Below the pieces are notes generated by a model. The model was not told the DNA's origin. It searched no databases and was given only the letters and a program-made list of their open reading frames with translations. Shown piece by piece: positions 28,167-37,146 of a stretch of DNA of 64,000 bases. The position numbers and the translations under genes were made by a program. Location: positions 2,755 to 66,754 of the forward strand of contig JBEKRC010000002.1 of the NCBI GenBank assembly GCA_049997875.1. Reading direction: 5' to 3'. Numbering within the stretch: position 1 is the stretch's first letter; each line of letters starts with the position of its first letter. Source of the stretch: Minisyncoccia bacterium (lineage in GTDB: Bacteria; Patescibacteriota; Minisyncoccia; UBA6257; 2-01-FULL-56-20).

Positions 28167-30173
28167 CTATAAAACCCCTTTTGATTCCAATTCGCTTGTG
28201 TTGTAATGATACAGATACACGTCCGTTCCTGGAATTGAAAAGTTTTGAAAATTTTGCATAATAAATTCCAAAGTATTAGTTTGAATATCTCCAGCGGTAT
28301 AATTCTCCCAAGTGACCCAGCCGCTTTTTGTACTTTTTATTTCATTGAGAAATTGTTGTTCACCGGCTTCACTATAGTCTTTTTGTCCAAATCTGTAGAC
28401 CGTGACATTTGAACCTAAACCCCTAAGATAATAGTATCTTTCATATTGAATAAATAATACATCTTGCCGGGGATTAAAATCTGCAATCAAAATTGAATAA
28501 GCCCTTGCATAATTTGCATAATAATAAACTCCGTTACCGTAAATGACATTGAGATTGAGATAAAACGTACAAAGAGAAGCTGCTATTATTGCGCTGTAAA
28601 ATATATATCTTAAAGACTTTTGTTCAAAAAGTTGACAAAAATAATAACAGGAAATAGAAATTAATATTATGACTAGACTGACAAAAGGTGCTGTATAAGC
28701 TGCATTCGCGAATCGGTCAGTAAAAAATATAACGGAAATCAGTACGATAGAGGTAATAATGTAAAGAAATATAAAGAAATAATTTTTTATTTTGGAAAAT
28801 AACATTTCATATAGAAAATATAAAGAGGTAATTAAAAAACTCACAACACCAAGTGGATAAGTAAATAAGTAATTAAAGTAGGTATAATTATAAGGATAAT
28901 TCCTTACCCCAGTTATATTTAAAAAATCAAAAGCCTTATCTATGGATTTGATTTGAACAAATAATGCTGTAAAAGCTAATAATCCAAATCCTATTAAAAG
29001 TAGTAAATAAAAAAATAATTTTTTATTCTTCACAAATAGCAGATATAAACAATAAATTAATATGCCCGGAATATAAATTAAGGTTAAGTCGTGTAAGTTA
29101 AAGGAAACTAAAAATAAAAATATAGTACCAAAAATCAATAATATCAATTTTCTTTTAGATTCTATTCTTTTTTCCGAGAATATGGTCTGATTTATAAGAT
29201 AAAAAATTAAAAATAATGTCAATAAGATTATTGGAATAAGCAATGCATACATTCTTGTATATCTTTCATAGAAAATAATAGTAGGCGAAAAAATTGATAG
29301 AGTTAGCGCAAGAAAACTCGCTTGTCTACTTTTTTGGGAAAACTTTATAATCGGAAAAATAATTAAAGAAAATAATATCCCAAAAATGACCGAGACTAGC
29401 CTTGATGAAAATTCACTTACACCAAATAGTCTATAACTTATGCTCAGGAGCACAGTATGAACTTCTGCCCGAATATAATCGGCATATTGGTCTTGTTGTC
29501 CAAGAGGTGTATACTCGCTTGATTTATTTTGAAGCCAATCCCATTTATAAAAATTTCCAACTTGTTCAAAATTCCACCCGCTATCCATGGTTTGAAATTC
29601 ATCATTCATAAAATTATTTTTTCCAAGTTGAAAGAACAGCATACTACATCCCAGAATAATTATTAAAGATGAAATAAGAAGAGAATTCTTTTTATTCCAA
29701 AATTTCTTTGAGACTGTTTTTTCAGCCAATTCTTTTTTTTCTGGTTCATTTTTAGCTTTCAAAGCATCTAACTTCTCACGATTTAAAAAGATTGTTACCA
29801 ATCCAGTAGTAAAACTTGTAAGTATGAATATAGGTAAATTATTTTCTATGAATTCAGAATAGTTTATAGAAAATAAACTTAAGAAATGAAGTACAAAAAG
29901 AAAAATGATACTTATGAGGAATAAGTACTGTAAGAATTTACTCAAAAGGATTTTAGATCTTGAAAAAGGTTCTTTAAATAACCAATTTATTAGTCCTACA
30001 TAGGCACATATAAAAATAAAGATTTCTAATACATTTCGTTCAATGTTTCCTCCGATATAAAGATTGGTAAAGTAAACAAGTATACTAATCAGACATATCG
30101 ACAGGCAAAATGGAGTAAGAAATTCATTTCTTACTAAATCTAACCCGACATAAACCCTTTCTTTAATGGACAT
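28167..30173 (-). CDS. GT-C family glycosyltransferase (ArnT/PMT-like), AT-rich
   Basis: 668-aa polytopic membrane protein. An acidic DE-containing first-loop motif (NDEFQTMDSGWN) resembles GT39/GT83 enzymes. Confidence 0.5.
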   Translation of the reverse strand: MSIKERVYVGLDLVRNEFLTPFCLSICLISILVYFTNLYIGGNIERNVLEIFIFICAYVGLINWLFKEPFSRSKILLSKFLQYLFLISIIFLFVLHFLSLFSINYSEFIENNLPIFILTSFTTGLVTIFLNREKLDALKAKNEPEKKELAEKTVSKKFWNKKNSLLISSLIIILGCSMLFFQLGKNNFMNDEFQTMDSGWNFEQVGNFYKWDWLQNKSSEYTPLGQQDQYADYIRAEVHTVLLSISYRLFGVSEFSSRLVSVIFGILFSLIIFPIIKFSQKSRQASFLALTLSIFSPTIIFYERYTRMYALLIPIILLTLFLIFYLINQTIFSEKRIESKRKLILLIFGTIFLFLVSFNLHDLTLIYIPGILIYCLYLLFVKNKKLFFYLLLLIGFGLLAFTALFVQIKSIDKAFDFLNITGVRNYPYNYTYFNYLFTYPLGVVSFLITSLYFLYEMLFSKIKNYFFIFLYIITSIVLISVIFFTDRFANAAYTAPFVSLVIILISISCYYFCQLFEQKSLRYIFYSAIIAASLCTFYLNLNVIYGNGVYYYANYARAYSILIADFNPRQDVLFIQYERYYYLRGLGSNVTVYRFGQKDYSEAGEQQFLNEIKSTKSGWVTWENYTAGDIQTNTLEFIMQNFQNFSIPGTDVYLYHYNTSELESKGVL

Positions 30174-31233
30174 TAATTTTAATTGAGGTCAGGGTGGTAG
30201 TTGCAAAACTTTCTAGGGGTATCTTTAACTTTGTTCCGCTAAATTTGAACGATACATTCGTAAGATTGGCTTGAGCGTCATTTTCAAAATCTACTTGTGA
30301 TGTACATCCCTCAAAATATGTCGCTACTCCATGTGTAGCTTTTCCAAAAGTAAGATTTTTATTTCCATAATCTATCCAAATAGTACTGGTACCTATGGAT
30401 GTTCGGCCCGCAAGATTACCATCTACATATAATTGTATATACCCACCAGTGGTTGAGGGTTCATATACTGCCAAAGCAGAATGTTCTGTATTGAAGAAAA
30501 TTGGGGTAACAGGGTAACTCACAGAATAGAATGAACCTTTTGAATTATCCATTCTTCCTACTTGGAAACTAACGCCGTCTTTATTCTGTAAGAGTTCCCA
30601 ATTATAGTGCCCGACTATTTCTTGGAAATTATCAATGTTGTCTTGTGGTCGCCACTCGGCATACACCGTGAACGGGCCATTATCGAACTTTTTCGAAGAA
30701 CTGGGGAGTTGAAGCTGGCTCGTGCCGTCGAAGACTTCGCAGTCGTCAAAATGGAATGCGTTGCCAGTTAAATCTGAAGGAGTTGAGGTTGCGAAGTCCC
30801 ACGCATAATCCCATCTAACACTCGTGGGGTCGAAGTTTATTTGTGGGGGGATTATTGAGATGCCTTGCCCGCCGCTCACGCTCACTGTGACATTAGCGTT
30901 TTTAAGCACCACATTGGGGTTAAAGACGGTATTGATGATTCCGCTAAACTCGCGATAGGTACTGCCGTCAGTCGCCGTCATCGAGCCCGAGAGGTTGCGG
31001 GAGGGCTCAAGGTAGAAGGCTTTACTGGCGTCTGTATCGCCCAGAGTGCCGACATTGATTGTATAGGTCGCTGAGTAGCCAAAAGGCAGAAAGTTGATAT
31101 AAAGCACATAAAGCAGGAAGGCGAGCGGGATGGCGTACGCGGCAAAAGTGAGCCAAAACTCTGGTGTGCGCCAGCGCCCCTCAATCCAGGTCCCAATTTG
31201 TCTTATCTTATACATGGCCTTATTTTTATACAT
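30163..31233 (-). CDS. hypothetical membrane-anchored exported protein, possibly lectin/LamG-like beta-sandwich
   Basis: N-terminal TM helix and a beta-rich soluble domain. Overlaps the downstream GT-C gene by 11 nt, suggesting an operon. The fold call is a guess. Confidence 0.35.
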   Translation of the reverse strand: MYKNKAMYKIRQIGTWIEGRWRTPEFWLTFAAYAIPLAFLLYVLYINFLPFGYSATYTINVGTLGDTDASKAFYLEPSRNLSGSMTATDGSTYREFSGIINTVFNPNVVLKNANVTVSVSGGQGISIIPPQINFDPTSVRWDYAWDFATSTPSDLTGNAFHFDDCEVFDGTSQLQLPSSSKKFDNGPFTVYAEWRPQDNIDNFQEIVGHYNWELLQNKDGVSFQVGRMDNSKGSFYSVSYPVTPIFFNTEHSALAVYEPSTTGGYIQLYVDGNLAGRTSIGTSTIWIDYGNKNLTFGKATHGVATYFEGCTSQVDFENDAQANLTNVSFKFSGTKLKIPLESFATTTLTSIKINVH

Positions 31234-31280
31234 AGCCCTATTTATAGGCGTACTATGCTAACAAATCAAGTGCCTGACGA

Positions 31281-32840
31281 TTAGAACCGGTAGACCCAAA
31301 TTTGCGAATAGGCGTTGGTATTTTCATAAAAAACTTCTTTGAGATCGGTTTTTATGAACTGGAGTATGTCTTGCGACATGCGTCCGTCGGCCGCCATATA
31401 ATCAAAAATGATAAATCCGTGGCGGGAAGCTGTGAGCGACTGGAGTCCTTGTAGATTTTTGATAACTTGAGCCCCGACATATGATTCCTTACTGTTTGAT
31501 ATTGAAGGCTGTCCGGGCAATCCAAGATAGTTGTATGCAATCCAGTATCCCGGCTCGTTCAAGAATATCTCATTAAACTGGGGCATGCTTGATATTACGA
31601 TATCGCCGTTTTGCACATGCGTTTCGATGTAGGCGTAGGTGCCGTTCCAGTCCGGTTGTGGCGTATAGGCATAATGAGGCCTGGGACCTAACGTAGAAGG
31701 ATTGTCTGATTCCAAGAAGTAATAAGATGTCGGATGCCAGACTCCGCCTCCTATAAAAAGAAAGACCGCAACGAACGCTGTCCACAAGGATATCTTCTGC
31801 CAGTCCCTTTTGAAGTAGCGAGCTGCTTGCGAGACCCCAACCGCTCCGAGAATAAGAAGCACCGGCGTTACAGCGAACAAATATCGATATTGGACGATAT
31901 CGGTAAAGAACGAGAGGGGGATAAGATAGGCGATAAACGCCGCAAGCAGGAACCAGATCTGCTTTCTGTAATGAGCCCCAGCATCAAATAGGGCGAATAC
32001 CGCAAACGGTACAAAAAGCCAGTAGGTACGCAGATAAAAGTTAAGGTAATAAGGAAGCTCGTAGCTCGGGCGGATGCCTTTTATCAATGAGACGAGGGCC
32101 GGAAACAACCCGGCAAACCAGAGAGCGAATCCTCCCAGCACAAGAGCCGCCGCCAGACCCATGAGACCCCACCGCAAAGATTTTTTGCGAATTATCCTAT
32201 CTAATGCGAACCATATAAAAAATAAAACCGGCAATACATATCCAAGGCCGCTTGCCAGGATAGCCAGAATAGTCGCCGCGGCGGCGGAAACGGCATACCA
32301 AAATCTGGGCCCTTTGCCGTAGAGCGCTTTGTAGAAGAGATAGAGCGAAAGCCAGAGGAATAATTCAAATAAGGTATACCAACGCGCCTGACGCGACCAT
32401 GCTATCTGCCAATAAGAGAACGCCGTCAGAAAGGAAGCTGCAATTCCAATGCCCGGAGAAAACAAGTCGGATACGATACGATAGACCGCTAAGATAAAAG
32501 CGATGCCCGCCAATACGGCCAGCAAGCGGTAGTCGAAAGCGTTGGCGCCGAATAAATGTGCGAGCCATGCATCGGGGTAGCAATATAACGGGCAGTAATA
32601 TAATTGACCCGAATTTAGGACGGTTGATCCGTGTTCAAGGACAGAAAGAACCGCGTTGACGGTATATCCCTCGTCCATCCAGTACGATTGTTTTGATAGA
32701 TTATAGAAACGCAACAGGACTCCGGCTGCCAAGATAAGGATAAGCAGGAGGCCGAAAAGCGCCGTTTTACCAGGTCTGAGGCGGGAGTTTGGCTCCGCCG
32801 GGGGGTCAGCCGGGGGGGGTATTGACTTCATATATACCAT
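31281..32840 (-). CDS. GT-C family glycosyltransferase (ArnT/PMT-like, GT83/GT39)
   Basis: YWMDEGYT first-loop motif typical of ArnT-like undecaprenyl-phosphate-sugar-dependent transferases. 519 aa, polytopic. Confidence 0.7.
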   Translation of the reverse strand: MVYMKSIPPPADPPAEPNSRLRPGKTALFGLLLILILAAGVLLRFYNLSKQSYWMDEGYTVNAVLSVLEHGSTVLNSGQLYYCPLYCYPDAWLAHLFGANAFDYRLLAVLAGIAFILAVYRIVSDLFSPGIGIAASFLTAFSYWQIAWSRQARWYTLFELFLWLSLYLFYKALYGKGPRFWYAVSAAAATILAILASGLGYVLPVLFFIWFALDRIIRKKSLRWGLMGLAAALVLGGFALWFAGLFPALVSLIKGIRPSYELPYYLNFYLRTYWLFVPFAVFALFDAGAHYRKQIWFLLAAFIAYLIPLSFFTDIVQYRYLFAVTPVLLILGAVGVSQAARYFKRDWQKISLWTAFVAVFLFIGGGVWHPTSYYFLESDNPSTLGPRPHYAYTPQPDWNGTYAYIETHVQNGDIVISSMPQFNEIFLNEPGYWIAYNYLGLPGQPSISNSKESYVGAQVIKNLQGLQSLTASRHGFIIFDYMAADGRMSQDILQFIKTDLKEVFYENTNAYSQIWVYRF

Positions 32841-32907
32841 AATAGTACACTTACGGTAGGTTTCGGAATAGAAGATTAAAGGTCTAGTGCTTAAATATTA
32901 AAAAAAT

Positions 32908-33456
32908 ATGATTCATAAAAATTTAATCAAAACAGGGATTGTTCTCGCGGGGCTAACCGTTTTCTCGATAGTTGGCTTTGGTATCGCTTTCGGTTACGGC
33001 GGAGGCGGAATGACCGTAACTACTGGCGGTGGCGGGGGACCGGCTTACGTGCCGCCCGTTACTCCTACGGTTACCACTCCTGCGACTGGCGGCGGACAGG
33101 TTCTCGGCGCGGCGGCGTTTAACTTCACCATGACGCTTTCGCTCGGCTCGCGGAATGGCGACGTGACCGCATTGCAAACCCTGCTTACGGAACAAGGTTT
33201 CTACACCGGTCCCATCACCGGCTACTTCGGACCCTTGACGCAAGCGGCGGTCAAAGCGTTCCAGCAGAAGTATGGCATGTCTGCTACCGGCCTCGTCGGA
33301 TCGCTCACGAGGGCGCAGCTCAACGGCCTGAACGGCGGGCGAGTGCTCGGAGCAAGCACGACCGGGGCGGCAGCGCTACAAGCGCAAATAGCGGCACTGC
33401 AGGCGCAATTGGTCATTCTCTTGCAACAACTCGCGGCGATGCTCCAGGGCAGGTAA
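32908..33456 (+). CDS. peptidoglycan-binding domain (PG_binding_1) protein, membrane-anchored
   Basis: N-terminal TM helix and Gly-rich linker. GDVTALQTLLTEQGFYTGPITGYFGPLTQAAVKAFQQKYG is the PG_binding_1 signature. Coiled-coil tail. Confidence 0.7.
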   Translation: MIHKNLIKTGIVLAGLTVFSIVGFGIAFGYGGGGMTVTTGGGGGPAYVPPVTPTVTTPATGGGQVLGAAAFNFTMTLSLGSRNGDVTALQTLLTEQGFYTGPITGYFGPLTQAAVKAFQQKYGMSATGLVGSLTRAQLNGLNGGRVLGASTTGAAALQAQIAALQAQLVILLQQLAAMLQGR

Positions 33457-33497
33457 CGCACTAAGTCCGTACGTTTTTCTTTGAGGCTGCGTTGCGC

Positions 33498-33503
33498 TAT
33501 AAT
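33498..33503 (+). promoter_or_regulatory. TATAAT -10 element immediately upstream of ATG 33510; a leaderless transcript is possible
   Basis: Perfect TATAAT at 33498-33503, 7 nt before ATG 33510. The -35 is weak. Confidence 0.25.
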
Positions 33504-33509
33504 CACGGT

Positions 33510-34877
33510 ATGGATGCCATGCAGGGCATTTTGAATGCGGTGAGCGAGGTGTTTTGGTATGCGTGGTGGCTATGGGTTCCCCTCTTGTTGTTCCCGCTCT
33601 TTGAGTCCACGTGGCTTTTCTGGCGGCAGCAGGTTTTCAAGCACGAACTGGAATTCGTGCATATGGAGATCCGCATTCCGCGCGAGGTCACGAAGAGCCC
33701 GAGGGCGATGGAGCAGGTGCTCATGACCGTTCACAACCTCCGCAATGCGCCGGCAGACCCGGAGGAAAAATGGTGGGACGGCGAGGTCACGCGCTGGTAC
33801 GCGCTGGAGATAGTAAGCTTCGGCGGAGAGATCCACCTGTACGTACGCGCGTGGAGAAAGCAGAAGGAGATCATCCAGGCGGCATTCTTTGCCAATTATC
33901 CCGACGTGGAGATCGTGGAAACGGATGATTATATTGACCGGCTGCCTGCGAGCGTGGGGGAAATGTATAAAAGCGGCTACGACCTTTGGGGGTCCGAATT
34001 CATCCTTGAGCGCGAACCCGCCTACCCTATTAGGAGCTATATGGATTTTGAATCGCCGGACGAGGAAAAGCAGTTTGATCCCATGTCCACCTTCCTTGAG
34101 GTTCTCGGCAAGGTGAAGCGCGAAGAGATGTTGTGCATTCAGTATCTCATCAGGCCGGCGAGCATGAAATGGAGAGATAAGTATCAGCCTTTGGTTGAGG
34201 CATTACGCACGAGGCACCAGAAGATTGGGGGGGCGGGAGGAGCGAAGCCCACCATCGGAATGGAATTTCCGCACATCCTTCCGACGTTCCCCGTGAAACA
34301 GAGCGGAGGAGACGAGGATGCGCTGCGCGTCATTGGGAGGGCGATCATGACGCGGACGCCGGGCGAAACCGACGTCTTGAAGGCCGTGGAAGAGAACCTT
34401 TCCCTCCCGCCGTTTGAGACCCTCATCCGATTCGTCTATCTCTCGCCAAAGGAACTGTATTTTGACACGCTCCCGCGGCGCGGATTGCGCGGCGCATTCA
34501 ACCAATATGCCGCCGCCGACCTTAACTGGTTTGAGCGGAACGAGCGAATCAGCACGAGGGTGAAGATATGGGATTTTCCATTCTTTTTTCCGCATGCGCG
34601 CCTTGATTGCAGAAAGAGCCGCGTGCTTGCGGACTATCGCGCGCGGGAAATCCCGCCGGAGACCTCAGTGGGAAAAATTATCCGCTCCAAATTTTTGCAT
34701 TGGGAGCATTCCCGCATGTTTCTCTTGAGCGTGCGATCGCTTGCGACGCTCTTCCATCCGCCGACCTACCAGGTGCTCACGGCGCCGCACATCAAGCGGG
34801 TGGAGAGCAGGAAGACAGGCGCGCCGGCGGGCCTTGCGATCTACGGCGGGGAAGAGGAAATGGAAAAGTTCAAATAA
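33510..34877 (+). CDS. hypothetical membrane protein (first gene of the ATPase / Cys-rich array cluster)
   Basis: ATG at 33510 (MDAMQGIL...). An N-terminal hydrophobic segment is followed by a large soluble domain. No family recognised. A TTG at 33492 gives an alternative start. Confidence 0.45.
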   Translation: MDAMQGILNAVSEVFWYAWWLWVPLLLFPLFESTWLFWRQQVFKHELEFVHMEIRIPREVTKSPRAMEQVLMTVHNLRNAPADPEEKWWDGEVTRWYALEIVSFGGEIHLYVRAWRKQKEIIQAAFFANYPDVEIVETDDYIDRLPASVGEMYKSGYDLWGSEFILEREPAYPIRSYMDFESPDEEKQFDPMSTFLEVLGKVKREEMLCIQYLIRPASMKWRDKYQPLVEALRTRHQKIGGAGGAKPTIGMEFPHILPTFPVKQSGGDEDALRVIGRAIMTRTPGETDVLKAVEENLSLPPFETLIRFVYLSPKELYFDTLPRRGLRGAFNQYAAADLNWFERNERISTRVKIWDFPFFFPHARLDCRKSRVLADYRAREIPPETSVGKIIRSKFLHWEHSRMFLLSVRSLATLFHPPTYQVLTAPHIKRVESRKTGAPAGLAIYGGEEEMEKFK

Positions 34878-35452
34878 TGGAGATTATTACAATTATCAAG
34901 TGGATCTGCATTGTGATTGTGATACTGCTCGCCGTGGGCTTTGTCTTTGCGTTTTTTGTGGGCTGGTTCTACCACCCGTTCATGGCCGTGCTCGCCGTTG
35001 TCAAGTGGATTTGCATCGTGATTACGATACTGCTCGCCGGGGGCTTCGTCTTCGCGTTGTATAAGGGTTGGTCTTACCATCCACGTTATGAATTGGAAAA
35101 GCGGAAAGCGAAGAAAATATTCACCCTGCGTGATGCGGTGACGAAGGAACACTGGGAATCCATCGTGAGGAAATTCTCGCTGGGAACGCCGGAGGCCGCG
35201 CGGGCGGCCGTCATTGAGGCGGACGCGCTCGCGGATACGGTGCTCAAAAGCATGGAGATTCCGGGAACGCATCTTGCCGACCGGTTGTCCAACCTGGAGC
35301 CGGAGGAGGTTGCGTCGCTTGACCGGGTATGGCGGGCGCACCGCACGCGGAACGATCTCGTGCACACGCCGGGATTTGCACTGACCGCCAAGGAGGCGCA
35401 AAAGACGCTTGAGGACTACGAGGCTTTTCTCAAAGATCTGGGAGTGCTATAA
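34877..35452 (+). CDS. hypothetical membrane protein with internally duplicated TM segment
   Basis: ATG overlaps the upstream TAA (TAATG). Two near-identical TM repeats (IIKWICIVIVILLAVGFVFAFFVGWFYHP / VVKWICIVITILLAGGFVFALYKGWSYHP), then a soluble helical domain. Confidence 0.45.
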   Translation: MEIITIIKWICIVIVILLAVGFVFAFFVGWFYHPFMAVLAVVKWICIVITILLAGGFVFALYKGWSYHPRYELEKRKAKKIFTLRDAVTKEHWESIVRKFSLGTPEAARAAVIEADALADTVLKSMEIPGTHLADRLSNLEPEEVASLDRVWRAHRTRNDLVHTPGFALTAKEAQKTLEDYEAFLKDLGVL

Positions 35453-35459
35453 CGAAGCC

Positions 35460-36941
35460 ATGCCAAGAGCGGGGAAAATACAGATCATCAGGTACGCGCC
35501 GCCGCCGCCGGAGCTGCCGATTTACGGGCAGGTGGATCCGGCGGAGGTTTCTTTCTTTGGCCGCACGAACTACGTAGCGCAGCTTGAGGAGAAAAAGTTC
35601 GTTTTCGGCATCAAGCGGTACGACCGGCGCCGCCATCTTTACATTGTGGGAAAAAGCGGCGTGGGGAAATCAAAGTTGCTTGAACTTCTCATCCGCCAGG
35701 ACATTGCTTACGGCCACGGAATATGCCTCATGGATCCGCACGGCGACGTGATTGATGCGGTCATTGATTTTGTCCCGGAGAATCGGATTAACGACGTGGT
35801 GATCATAGATCCTACCGATTTAAGTTATCCGGCTTCGTTCAACCCCCTGCAGAACGTGGACCCCAGCTTCAAGCACCAGCTTGCGCAAGGGTTGATTGAG
35901 GTGATGGAGAAACAATTCGGCGCGAACTGGACGCCGCGCCTTGAGCACGTTTTCCGTTTCAGCGTGCTCGCGCTCCTTGATTACCCGCACGCCACGATGC
36001 GGGGGATGATCTCCATGCTCACGGACCGCAACTACCGCCAGAAGGTGGTGGAATATATTGAAGACGACATGGTGAAGCGCTTCTGGGCCATTGAGTTCGC
36101 CGACTGGTCGGAAAAATTTGATACGGACGCGATCATCCCGCTCGTGAACAAGCTCGGACAGTTCCTCTCCGACCCTTTGCTTCGGAACATTTTCGGCCAG
36201 AAGGAGAATAAGATAAATCTGGAGGAGTTGATGGAACAGAAAAAATTGATTTTCATCAATCTTTCCAAGGGCCGCCTCGGCGAGGAGAACTCAAGCTTTT
36301 TGGGCGCGATGTTCATCACGAAGATCAAACAGGCCGGCATGGCGCGCGCTTCCATACCCGAAAAGGACCGGCATGATTTTTATCTCTACGTGGATGAGTT
36401 TCACAATTTCGTTACGGAAACTTTTGAGAATATTCTTACCGAAGCGCGGAAGTACGCATTATGCCTTACGATCGCGCATCAGTACATGGGCCAGCTTATC
36501 CAGCGCGTGCAGGCGGCGGTCTTGGGCAACGTCGGAAGCCTCATCATCTTCCGCGTCGGCGGCGAGGATGCGGTTCACTTGAAGCCCGAGATGGCGCCGA
36601 TCTTTGACGTGAAAGACATGATCAACCTCGGCACGCAGGAGTTTTTCATCAAGATGACGATTGACGGCGAGAGCTACGATCCCTTTTCGGCGGAAACGCT
36701 CAAAGTGCTCCCTGCGCCCCACCGCTCGTTCCGGAAAGAAATCGTGGAACAGTCCCGGAAGAAGTACACCATCCCCGCCGACGCCGCAAAGAAGCTTATT
36801 CAGGAAGAGGAGGCCACGATCCTTCGGAGCGCACAGGAAAAAGCCATTATTGAAGGCAAGGCGAGAGGCGGCGGGGCGGCGGGCGCGGCGGGCGCGGCGA
36901 AAGAAGAGGCAGTAGACAAGACCCCCGAACCACTGATATAA
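35460..36941 (+). CDS. FtsK/HerA-superfamily P-loop ATPase (VirD4/TraD/VirB4-like 'T4SS DNA-binding domain' type)
   Basis: ATG at 35460. Walker A (GKSGVGKS), then LMDPHGD, then Walker B-like (DFYLYVDEFHNF). Paralogous to 48311..50311. No N-terminal TM segment. Confidence 0.7.
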   Translation: MPRAGKIQIIRYAPPPPELPIYGQVDPAEVSFFGRTNYVAQLEEKKFVFGIKRYDRRRHLYIVGKSGVGKSKLLELLIRQDIAYGHGICLMDPHGDVIDAVIDFVPENRINDVVIIDPTDLSYPASFNPLQNVDPSFKHQLAQGLIEVMEKQFGANWTPRLEHVFRFSVLALLDYPHATMRGMISMLTDRNYRQKVVEYIEDDMVKRFWAIEFADWSEKFDTDAIIPLVNKLGQFLSDPLLRNIFGQKENKINLEELMEQKKLIFINLSKGRLGEENSSFLGAMFITKIKQAGMARASIPEKDRHDFYLYVDEFHNFVTETFENILTEARKYALCLTIAHQYMGQLIQRVQAAVLGNVGSLIIFRVGGEDAVHLKPEMAPIFDVKDMINLGTQEFFIKMTIDGESYDPFSAETLKVLPAPHRSFRKEIVEQSRKKYTIPADAAKKLIQEEEATILRSAQEKAIIEGKARGGGAAGAAGAAKEEAVDKTPEPLI

Positions 36942-36948
36942 TATAGGC

Positions 36949-37128
36949 ATGTTCGTGCACCCGGTCCTTTTTGTCGTCGGCATTCTATTCGTTATTTATC
37001 TCATCGCGGCCGATGTTCATATGCATCGGCGCATCAAACATTTGGAAAAGACCGTAAGGAAGCTTGAGGGCATGAACAGCGTGGAACGTCCAAAGCATCG
37101 CTGGGAGGGAAAGGAAGATCTTTCATAG
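36949..37128 (+). CDS. hypothetical small membrane protein (59 aa)
   Basis: ATG at 36949. MFVHPVLFVVGILFVIYLIAADVH is a single TM helix, followed by a basic tail. Falls below the ORF-track cutoff. Confidence 0.25.
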   Translation: MFVHPVLFVVGILFVIYLIAADVHMHRRIKHLEKTVRKLEGMNSVERPKHRWEGKEDLS

Positions 37129-37146
37129 CGCGCCCAACGCCGCCCA

